Shown here: positions 1 to 11,590 of the stretch, piece after piece
Position numbering within the stretch: the first letter of the stretch is position 1
Layout: each line of letters starts with the position of its first letter
From: the human T2T-CHM13v2.0 reference genome, Homo sapiens
Strand: one strand, 5' to 3'
NCBI RefSeq assembly: GCF_009914755.1
Contig: NC_060925.1
Length of the DNA stretch: 64,000 nucleotides
Program-made: the position numbers and the translations under genes
The notes under the pieces: generated by a model
Told to the model about the DNA's origin: nothing
The model's database searches: none
The model's input: the letters and a program-made list of their open reading frames with translations, nothing else

Positions 1-2
1 CC

Positions 3-393
<391 letters not shown>

Positions 394-444
394 CCTCCCA
401 CCCTAGGAGGGAGGGAAGGACACCGTCCTAGGGTATAACCTGGC

Positions 445-450
445 AATAAA
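445..450 (+). terminator. FLAD1 polyadenylation signal AATAAA
   Basis: Canonical hexamer about 50 nt after the stop, followed by a GT/T-rich downstream element. Confidence 0.85.
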
Positions 451-637
451 CCGTGCCTCTCACTGTGCCTGTTGCTCTAGCTGTGTCTTCCTGCTCCAGA
501 GGATGGGAGAAGCAGAAGTGGGTCAAATGCTGCCAGCTCTGACTGGCTGTGCTCACTCTAAGGGGCCCAGGGGCAGGGCAGAACAGGCTGGAAAGGAGCT
601 CTCACTGATGGTTCTCAATGTCAGCCTCAGCAGGAGC

Positions 638-650
638 CCACCAGAGGGCG
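638..650 (+). promoter_or_regulatory. CTCF core motif (forward), CCACCAGAGGGCG
   Basis: Exact match to CCRSYAGRKGGCR, lying between the FLAD1 3' end and the LENEP promoter. Confidence 0.6.
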
Positions 651-810
651 AAAGCAGGAGTTGTGCCAACCACTGGGAAAAGGGCAATCAGGCAGGGCAC
701 CACCTGGGCTGGAAGAGGGGAAGCTGCCTTGGCCTAGCTGTGGAGGATGAAAGATGGAGTGGCCAGGCCCTCCCTCCCACTAACCCCACCCTCCCATCCC
801 TGTCTAGAGG

Positions 811-917
811 GGCTGACTCAGCCTGTTCCCAGGCCTAGAACCTTCCCTTTGCTAGACCCTGGATCCTTTGTCTCTGTAGTCATGAGGCTGAAGGGGGTGG
901 GGACAGTGTTGATAAAA
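811..917 (+). promoter_or_regulatory. LENEP promoter: palindromic Maf/AP-1 element GGCTGACTCAGCC (811-823) and TATA-like GATAAAA (911-917)
   Basis: Both motifs read directly from the sequence; the TATA-like box is about 50 bp upstream of the ATG. Confidence 0.55.
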
Positions 918-963
918 GGCACTAGAGGCAGCTCCCACACCCTTCCTCGGAACTGTTGCCCAC

Positions 964-1149
964 ATGCAGCCCCGGACACAGCCCCTAGCCCAAACCCTAC
1001 CCTTCTTCCTCGGAGGGGCCCCTCGAGACACTGGGCTGCGGGTGCCTGTCATTAAGATGGGCACAGGGTGGGAGGGCTTCCAGCGGACCCTGAAGGAAGT
1101 CGCCTACATCCTCCTCTGCTGCTGGTGTATCAAGGAACTGCTGGATTAA
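964..1149 (+). CDS. LENEP: Lens epithelial cell protein LEP503, single-exon CDS, 61 aa
   Basis: ORF MQPRTQPLAQTLPFFLGGAPRDTGLRVPVIKMGTGWEGFQRTLKEVAYILLCCWCIKELLD is recognised; syntenic between FLAD1 and ZBTB7B. Confidence 0.95.
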   Translation: MQPRTQPLAQTLPFFLGGAPRDTGLRVPVIKMGTGWEGFQRTLKEVAYILLCCWCIKELLD

Positions 1150-2559
1150 TGGTAGCAGGGAACTGCCTCCTCTCCCCACCAGCACCATGGCTGGCATCGC
1201 TCAGGTGGGCAGGGTAGAGTAAACAGGAGGCATAGCTGCAGCTTCTGTGGCAGAGCTTGCCTTAGCTTCTCATTCTCTTCTTTAGCCCCCAGCCCAATTG
1301 CCATCAAGACTCCTGAAGCCAGCTGTGCTTGACCAAGGATGGGCCATAAACAATGAGTAAACAGTAAAGTGTGGATCCTGCTTTGAGCTGTGTCATCTAG
1401 CAGACCTGCCTCATCTCTGAGCCTCCTTCATTCCCAACCCCTGCCTCTGGTGGACCTCTGGTGGGCAGGAGCTTGGACTGCTCTGGCTAGGACCCCAGTA
1501 AGATTGTGGCAAGACCTGGCACTCCTCCAAGCTTGGCACAGTGAGCCCACCAGCTCAGATGGTTGATCTTACCATACCCTCATAGTACCAAGAATGGACT
1601 GCCCCCTAAGAAACCTGTTTGAGAATCACTGAATTATAAATATAATCCATAGGCCTTGAGGCCCAAGATTATAAGTGTCTAAAGGGGAATCAGAAAAAGT
1701 CAGCACTAGAACGGTCTGGGAGCAAGGGTGCAGACCAGGGAGGGAAGGAGCTTGTCCTGAATAGAACCAAGATTGAAAGCCAGGTTTTCTGACTCACTGG
1801 TTCCTGAGTGGGGAGGGTGGAAGACAGTTCAGGTTCCTCTCAATCTGTGGGTAAGGAGGGGACCCAGCTTGAGTAGGGTCTTCATCTGTGAGGCCAAGGG
1901 TGTGTGGAAACCCAGAGGACCCAGCCCTTTCCCAAATAGAAGACCTGGTCCAGGCAGCTTCCTGCCTCTGAGGATCTTGGGGAAAGCACTGCGCTGAGGC
2001 TAGTCCCCAGCTCATCAAGGAAGTAGGACCCCATGAGCTACAAGAGCTCCCAGCTCACATACAAAGTTACCAGAGAAAGACACCTGTGTGGCCACACAGG
2101 TCCCTCAGGCTTATCATGACACAGCCCTATCAGGACATAAACAGCTAGATTGAGCAGAATTGGCTCTTTACTTCCTCTTGGTAGCCACAGCTGGTATTTT
2201 CCATGAGTTACTCCCGGTGGTAGATATACACCAGCCATGTGTATCGTCTTGCTCAGGGGGTGCTTATGCTTACTGATCTGCCCACCCACAGCCCCCCAAA
2301 CCTCAGAGCCAGCCTGTTTGGGACTGTTCAGTATTTCCCTGGGATTCCCATCCAGCATTCTCTGGCCCCTCCTGGGGGGCCAGTTATCATCCCCCAGCCC
2401 TTTGTCACTTGGGGCACTGGCCTGGAGATTATAGATAGTGCCCTCTTCCTCCCTGCCTGGGACCAGCTCTTCCTCAGCCTTCTTCTTAGTTAACTCTTTT
2501 TTTTTTCTAGATTCTTTTTGTAAAGGTGATATATGCCCAGAGTAAAGAACTTTAGGCCA

Positions 2560-3181
<622 letters not shown>

Positions 3182-3279
3182 TTAAAAGTCTCCACGTCTA
3201 TCCCCCAATCCTTTAGCGCTCCCCCTGGAGGCAACCATGGTTACCAGTTTCTTGGAGAACATTCCAGTCTGTGCATAGA

Positions 3280-3775
3280 CTGCATCTTCATTCATTCAAC
3301 AAATATTGAGTTATTGAGTGTATATTATATGTCACTGTGGGTCTTTGGATGCAGCAGTGAACAAAACAGATCCTTGTACTTGTGAAGCTTACATTTTAGG
3401 GGGTGGAGAGGACAAACTATAAACATTTTTTAAAGTATGTATATGTTATTAGATGATAGGCACTATAGAAAAAAGAAGTGGAAATCGAGCTGGAGGTGGG
3501 AATGGGGGCAGGTCATAGAGGGCCTAAGAATTTGAGCTTTTATGCTGAGTGAAATGAGGAACTATTGCCGAATATTGAGTGTGAAATGAGTTTTTTAATT
3601 TAAAAGGCTCAAGCTGGCTGCTGTGTTGAGAATAGATTTCAGGGGAGCAAAGGTAGAATACGAGTGACCTATTAGGAGGTAATGGCACAATATAGGCCAG
3701 ACATGTTGGTGGTCTCGGACCAGGTTTATAGCAATAGCAGTAGTGAGGGGTGGCTGGATTCTGGATATATTACTC
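3280..3775 (-). mobile_element. Degenerate L2 LINE fragment (approximate bounds)
   Basis: TTCATTCATTCAACAAATATTGAG L2 3'-end signature followed by L2-like body. Confidence 0.6.
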
Positions 3776-3925
3776 TTCCTAGTTAACATACTCTCCACGC
3801 TGTTCTGCACTTTGCTTCTTTTCCTTTGATAAACCTTGGACAGGATTCAGGATCCCACATCAGTACACGGAGAGCCTGTCCATTCTTTTTTACAGCAGCC
3901 TAGCCTCTACGGTACTCCAACTTGA

Positions 3926-4561
<636 letters not shown>

Positions 4562-5642
4562 TCAGTGCATCTCTTTAGGCATCCACAAAATGCAGCTTAG
4601 TGCTCTTGGCTGGTCCGTTGAGAGGCTCTCACCTGGTCCCAGTGATGGGGGTAGTCAGAATTTACCTTCCCATGAATCTGGGGCTCCTTCTTCCCCCTCA
4701 GAGCCTGCACCCTACTTGGCCAGCTCCAGCCTTTCCTTCCCTGACTCAGGCCCTGGCCTACCGCCTTCTTTTCCTTTCTTAGGCCTCACTCCCACCAAGC
4801 GGGGCAGTGCCTAGAGGTGGATCCTGGAGTCTGAGGTCTGAGCCCAAGGGCCTTTGCCAGGGGAGGGGAAGTCTGGCAGAAACCACTGGGGAAGTGGTGG
4901 GTAGAGGAAGGCAGAATCCAGGGCTGTGGCCTGTGGTGAGAAGGGTAATAGAGAGCAGCAGGGGGAGTGACAGGTAGAGACTGCCAGTGGCCCAAGGAGA
5001 ATGTCAGAGTGGGAAAGAGGGCTTTGGCAGTGTAAAGACTGAGGAGAGGGATGAGGAGAATAAAAGAAACCTCAGATACCATTCAGAGAGCCCTTTTCAC
5101 AATACAGAGTGCTTTGAGCCTTACGAAAGTCCACTTCAGCAATTATCCCATGTTAACATGAAGGAAATAGGCCCAAAGAGGTGAAATGATTCGCCCAAGA
5201 ACATACACAGCACACTGAGGTAAAGGAGTCATTTAGCGAACCCAGATTTTCAGATCCCCAACTCACGGCTTCTCCTAATGAGCCTGCCTTCCTCTTCTGA
5301 GCTGGTGTTTGCATGGAGATGGTGGCCAAAGTGGCCTGGAGGCAGGGCCATGCAAACAAAAGCATGGAGGGTACCACCTCCATGCACCCGCTCCATGCCA
5401 CTTCCCACCTCAGCCCTAAGCTCCCTGTTCTCAGCCCATTTGGAGGTTTCAGGTGCAGCCCTTTCACCTAATCCACACAGCCAAGAGATCTTTCCTGGCC
5501 CATGGCTCCCCACTCTGTGGCTGTTCCCCCACAAGTATCTCTCCCCGACTAGGGCAACTCAGGTTTTGAGTGTCCAAATTACTCCCTCAGGAACTCAAGT
5601 GGAGTAAGGTGGGAGGGAGGTGAAGGAGACAGGGTACCAAGA

Positions 5643-5685
5643 TATTAGGTTGGTGCAAAAGTAATTGCGGCCTTTGCCATTAAAA
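5643..5685 (+). mobile_element. Half MADE1 / Hsmar1 mariner terminal inverted repeat
   Basis: TA + TTAGGTTGGTGCAAAAGTAATTGCGG..TTTGCCATTA matches the MADE1 arm. Confidence 0.85.
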
Positions 5686-6083
5686 CCTCACCTACCCCTC
5701 GGTGCCCTGGTGCCCTCTAATGGTCACAGGGGGTGGGGGAATGGGTGGAGTAGGAATGGAGACAGGAGGGACCAGCTGGATGTGACCCTCAAGTACAACA
5801 GCGAGAGGAGAAGCCTGATATCCAGGATTCCCGGCGGATTACATCGGATACAGGACCCTCGTTGGCATGCAAGGAACAGTTGGAGGAGAGGGGTCACGGC
5901 CCAAGGGTCTGAGGAGCGGCAGGCAATAAACTGGATATCATAGCAATAATCTGGCGGCGGGGAGGGGTGGGTGGGTGGGGATGTCCCACGTTTTCCCAAC
6001 ACCAAGAGGCCGGCAAAAAGGGGTGTGTGGCAATCATTTCACTGGCAGCGCCAGAGCGCAGACCCATCCCCAAGGGCATAGGC

Positions 6084-6385
6084 TTTTTTTTTTTTTTTTT
6101 TTTTTAAAGACGGGGTTTGGCTCTTGTTGCCCAGGCTGGAGTGCAATGGCGCGATCTCGGCTCACCGCAACCTCCGCCTCCCAGGTTCAGGCAATTCTGC
6201 TTCAGCCTCCTGAGTAGCTGGGACTACAGGCGTGTGCCACCACGACTGGCTAATTTTTGTATTTTTACTAGAGACAGGGTTTCACCATGTTGGTTAGGCT
6301 GGTCTCGAACTCCTGACCTCAGGTGTTCCACCCGCCTCTGCCTCCCAAAGTGTTGAGATTACAGGCGAGAGCCACCGCGCCCGGC
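6084..6385 (-). mobile_element. Alu (AluS-like)
   Basis: Full Alu with GGGCATAGGCT target-site duplication. Confidence 0.93.
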
Positions 6386-6559
6386 ATGGGCATAGGCTCT
6401 TATTTGCATCATATTTACATCTGTCTTGCATGTGAGTTATTTCCCTCCACCCAACTTTCTCAGTTACTCTCAGACTCTAGAGTGTTCGCCAGCCTTGGAG
6501 CGTACCCGTTCCTCCAGCCATTCTTCGGCCTCAGTTCCTTTCCATCATTCGCCCTCAGG

Positions 6560-7330
6560 CCTTCGCCTACCCCAGCTTCAAAGAAGCGACCGTAACCTCC
6601 TAGCTGGCTGGGTTCGAGAAGCCGGGGACCTGCGCCTCCTGGTGGCTGATCGGAAGGAGGCTGAGTGCAGAGGGGTTGTCTTGCCTTCTCTGGGACGTGG
6701 AGTTTTGGAAACTGTTCCCCTGAGCTTCCTGAAGCTAAATTTGCCTCCCCCGGCCTTGGGGGGCGCAGAGATCCCGGCGGCGATTAGCGCTGCGCGGCAG
6801 CCGGCTCCAACCCAGAGGCCCGGAATAGGCGCGGAGTTATAAATAGTGCCACCCGCAGGTGTTGGGGGGAGTCGGCGGGAGGGGGGTACCCCTGGCGGCC
6901 ACGGCCCCTTCAGGTGGGTTGGGCGGTCGCGGTGGGAGCGCTGGGGGGCGGGGGGCGTGGGGGGTCTGCGGTCTGAGCGCCCCCAGCGGTTTCCTGGGCG
7001 GCGGGTTTTTCGAGGGAAGCGGAGGCAGCGGAGGATGGGGGGGAGCAGCGGAGAAGAGGTGGGCGCCTGGCGCATGCTGACGCTCCGCTTGCAGCTCAGC
7101 CCCCCACATTCCGAAACAGGCCCCCAGACCCACTCACGCAGGACCCCGCCCAGGCAAAGCCTCGCCTTTCTTAACACCTGAAGGCCTCATTCCCCCAGGT
7201 TCTGCAAGCATCTAACTTCTATGCTTCTACCCTTCGGCGCACGTGGCCCGGCCAGTCCGCGCACCTGGCCGTCATTCCGAGTCGCTGTCCCCAGCCCCAG
7301 GTATTCAGTCCTCCCACTCGGGGCTTTCAT
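6560..7330. promoter_or_regulatory. CpG-rich element about 3 kb upstream of ZBTB7B exon 1; candidate orthologue of the Thpok silencer/distal regulatory element
   Basis: CpG-dense, with RUNX TGCGGT (6967-6972), MEF2-type TTATAAATAG (6837-6846) and CAGGTG E-boxes. Orthology is inferred from position only. Confidence 0.5.
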
Positions 7331-9989
7331 TCCTCTCTTAGGGTAAACACTTCCTTCTCTGGGTATTTGTCCAACTCGTGCTACTCTCCCCAAATTTAAG
7401 GTCTAGCTGGTCACCTAAAAATTTAAGTCTTAACATGCGGATCTGGGACGCTCTCCTATCCCCAGGCGGCCCCTGCAGGCCCCTCACTTGCCCTCCAGCT
7501 CCCAGTTCCAGTCTGGGCCTAGTGGCGGGGCGGGGGCGGCCGGCCCCTGGGGCCCAGCAGGGGTTTCATGGGAGGGGGCGGGGTCCCCAGTCAGCGTTTC
7601 TCTGCCGCCGCTGTTTCAGTCGTTTGGCGTGGTTAGGGGTTGGGGTAAGAGGGAATTTCAAGTAGGGGTTCCCCGCTCCGATTTCTGAGTAAGGAGGGGA
7701 GCTATTTGCACCAGGAGAAAAAGAGAGACAAGGGAGGGTGGGCGTCACTGAGGAACTAACTGCGGGTTCCAGGACCATTGGGAATGAGGTGAGGAGTGGC
7801 AATCTAGCCGCAGAAAGATCAGTCATGTTCAGCCAGACGCAGAACGCGACCCTCAAACATGGGGGAAGTTGGGCGAGGCGAGCCTGAGGCACTGGGCACC
7901 TTTCGAGTTTCTGTACCCAAAGGCTGGTGCCAGGGAGCCCGCCCTTCTATTGCCTCTGGAAGCCCTGGCTCTGCCCTCCCCGGGCCACGTTCCCACCCCC
8001 CCCGCCCCCCGCCCCCTGCCCCCCGCCCCCTTTCCTTGGCTATCCTCCTTCCTCCCCAAAGCAGCCCCCTCTCCATTTCACTTGTGGCACTGCCGCCTAG
8101 CCCCTAGCACAGCCCTTCACCAGGCCTGCACGACCCAGACGGCTGGAGTAGGAAGGGGAAAACCCCGGCCTGGACCCCACCGGCTCCGGGCCCCTCCGGA
8201 CCAGGATCTGTCCGGCGGGGCTGAGAAGAAAACCCGGAGCAGTGATCAGCCTCGCGACCCAAGGGGGTCAGGGACGATAGGAAAACCCGGAGCGGATTAC
8301 TCGAGCCAGAGCGCCCCATGCCTGCCGCTACCTCCTCCTTCCTATAGCCCCCCTAATTCTCCAGTGAGATAATGTCTGGGGTGGGGGGCTGTTTGGTTTG
8401 GCCTGAGCCCTCAGGGGCGCCTCACACTTTCCGCCCCTGGCTGGGGCGCAGGGCAGCGGCCCCGAGGCTGAGTCACGGCCCGGCGCGGAGAGGGAGAGAG
8501 GGAGAAAGAGGGAGGGAGGGACCTGGACTCCGCCCCTCGTGCGCGGGGATCCCGGGTCAGCCCGGGTGAGGGCCAGGGCCCCCCTGGCGCCGCCCATTGT
8601 GGTCCAACAGGTTGAGCTGGTGTCCCGAGAAGCCACCTGCTGGAAAGGGAGGGAGGCCCCCTGCGGAGGGGGGTTGGGAGGGGAAAGCGAGTCCGACCCG
8701 GTTCGGCCTGGCTTGTCGCAGGGGAGCCAAACCTGGCCCTAGGTAGCCGGATTTGATTCCATTTGACACTAGTGGGAGGGGCCCTTTGGGGTACGCAGCT
8801 CCGCAGGCTCAGTCAGAAACATCCTTCACCCGCTACCTTTCTCAGTTGGGGGACTCCTAAGTATTTATCCCGGTCCTCCCCAAAACCTACACATACCACA
8901 CATCCCAAAACATCCAGGCACCCCTCGCCACCTGGGTCTCTCAGCGAATTCATGTCAAGCTATCCCTCCTCGGTGGAGACTCAGTTTCTCCACTTAGGGA
9001 ACCCGCGGGATGGAGGTGGGGAGCAAAAGCGTCGGCGCGCCCCCTCCCCCTTCGCAGACTGGGCCCCTCCCCTCCGACAATGCCAAGGCCGCAGCGGGCA
9101 CTGGCGACAGCACAGAGGCTGCTTGCCTGGGGCGCCCTTCCCTCCCCGCGGGGCACCGTCACGCGTGGGGAGGGACGCAGGGCGCCCGCAGGCTCAACTC
9201 CCCGGCTCCCTCCGAGAGGGGGTGGGGCGTAGGGGCCGGAGCCGAAGGCCTGGTGGCTCCCCCTCCCCCTCCCTTCTAGGTCCCTGACCTGATTACAGCC
9301 CCTCACGGGACCCCCTCCCTCAAGACCCTAAGTCCCCAATTCACCCCCACCCAGCCTATCCCTAACCTCTCATACCCTTCCCTCCTGAGGTCCTGACCCT
9401 ACAGAAGCCCCTCTTGAAGGAGAGGGAGCCCCTGTAGGGGGTGCTCGATTCCCTGGCCGCTGCGGACACTGCCCCCTCCCCCCTCCTCTCCAGGTTCCAG
9501 GCCAACCCCTCGGCTCCGCCCCCTCCCTGGACGAACGCAAGGCGAGACCTACTGGAGATGAGCGGGTATTCAGGCCAATGAGCGGACAGGGCGGTGGCGT
9601 GCAGGGGGCGGGCAGAGCAGCAGCAAAGGGCTGGATGGGGGCCGGGGGCGGAGTTTGAGTTAAGGTGGACTGGGAGAGATAGGGGCAGGAGAAAGGGGGG
9701 GGAGAGAGGGACCGCGGCAGGTGAAGGGAGACAGAGAGAAGGAAAGAAGGAGGGAAAGGAGGAGGGTGGGAAAGGCTAGGAGAGCTAAGTAAGAGTTTGG
9801 AGAAGGGGGCAAAAAAGGAGGGAGGGACCCATCTGCGCTCTGCAGGGACTGGCTGGACGAAGGGGTTGAAGTTTATGTCCTTATTGGGCGGAGGGAGGGG
9901 GCCTGGGGGGGCGGGTGAAAAACCAGGAAGTGACAGAGGGTGTTTCTAAGTGTTGGGGGGGGGGAGTTTGGGGGGTGGCAGGGGCGGGG

Positions 9990-10305
9990 GGAGGGAGGGG
10001 AGGGATGGGGGGAAAGCAAGCTGGAGGACAGGTGAGACAGCAGGACAGGTGAGGCGGGCCCTGAGGGGGGGGCGGGTGGGAGCCAGGTGAATGTACGGCT
10101 CTTGGCGGCCGAGGGGGGGCGGGCGGCAGGAGGAGGCAGAGGGCGGCGGAGGAGGAGCCCCCCAGCAGCGAGCGGCGAGCAACTGACCGCGGCCTTCTGA
10201 CCAGGACCGGAGCAGGGCCCCAAGCCCCCGGGCCTGGTGGGGGACGCGCTTCTTCCCACACTGTGAGCCTCAGCAGCTCCAGCCAGCGGACCCGACGGCT
10301 GAGAG
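9990..10305 (+). other. ZBTB7B: ZBTB7B non-coding first exon (5' boundary approximate)
   Basis: Strong donor GAG|GTGAGT at 10305/10306, downstream of the ETS/GC-box promoter. Confidence 0.75.
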
Positions 10306-11500
10306 GTGAGTGTACCCCACTTTTGTCTCCTGGCTCGGGGTTCACTAGGCTCGAGACTACTGCAGTGTCCTTCGTCCGTCCTGTAAGTGGGACCCCCAGA
10401 TACACACGCATGCAGATCACATTCCCACCACTCCCCTTCCCTGTGCTTTCCCAACACCCCGGGTCTCTGGAATTGGTTTTAACTGAGATGAAAGACAGAG
10501 AAGGAACTGCGGATGCCCCCCAACCCTAGGCGGAGGGTCCCCAGAAAGTTTATCTGCACTTCTCCTGGGATCAGACAGACAGACGGCTTCGGGATGGAGA
10601 GGGGGTGAGGCGACGCTGAGCGTTCCCCCAGTCTCCTTCGTGACTTTAGGGGGAGACCCCAGACCGGACTGAGTTGAGGGAATGGAAACGCTGACGGACT
10701 CTAACTAGGACAACGCGCACCCCCCCCCCACCCCGCGCCCCCTGGCGCGGTGGATTGGCCCCAGGCCAGTTGCATGGGGGTTGGGGGGGCGCAGGAGGAG
10801 CCGCGGCTTGGGGGAAAGTTACCGGCTGGACTATTCGGTTTCTTGCGCTTCCAGAGCCGCGCTCTCTCCAGCGGTAGTGGGGCTCAGCAACAACCTCTGA
10901 ACCGACATAGAACGACCGCTCTCTTCCCTGCCCCTCAATCCCACTCCCTTCCTTCAGGCTCCAGTCCCGCCGCTACCTTTTCCACGCCAGCTCATGACCA
11001 CAGAACCCAAGAGCGAGGGCGGGTGACTAGGAAGAATTCTCCTACCTACTACCCGTCCCCCCACCGGCGCCGGCGCACCTGCCCCAGCCCAGAGTGGGGG
11101 TCGCTACTGTGTTGTTGTAGAACCTACAGAGTGCGCCTGGCAGAAGGCTGCCATTCAAAGGGGTGGGGGGCGCTGCTTTCAATTTCCAGCTTTCTCTCCC
11201 TCCTCCCACCCCATCCCAAGTAAGAGAGCGACGTGTCCCGGCCAGAGCGAGGTGGGGGCGGGAGTGGGGGGGCGGCGTGGGCAGCGGGTTGTGCCCGGAC
11301 ACGTGCCTGCCCAGGCGCCCCGGCCCTGCTGGTGTTTAGAGAGAGGGCGGGTCCCCTGCCCCCCGCCCCGCACAACCCCCACGTATCAAAGGGCGGCTGA
11401 GACATGGTGAGACCTCGGGGCGCCCTGGGGGGCAGGGGGGCGGGGAGCCTGGGTCCGGAGCAGGGGAGGGGCAGAGGCGCCGGTGCTAGCTGACCCACAG

Positions 11501-11590
11501 GAAACGAGCGCTGCTGACCTAGTTTGGGACACCGGAAGTGGGTGCTGGGGAGAGGGGGAGACCGGCAGGCTGTCCAGGCTTCCGGGCCAG
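11501..11590 (+). other. ZBTB7B: Candidate ZBTB7B alternative 5'UTR exon (90 nt)
   Basis: CTGAC branch-like sequence, CACAG| acceptor and CAG|GTGGAG donor. Confidence 0.45.

Noticed and set aside
5645-5685. MADE1 as a miR-548-type hairpin precursor
   Set aside because: Only one arm is present, so no fold-back precursor can form.
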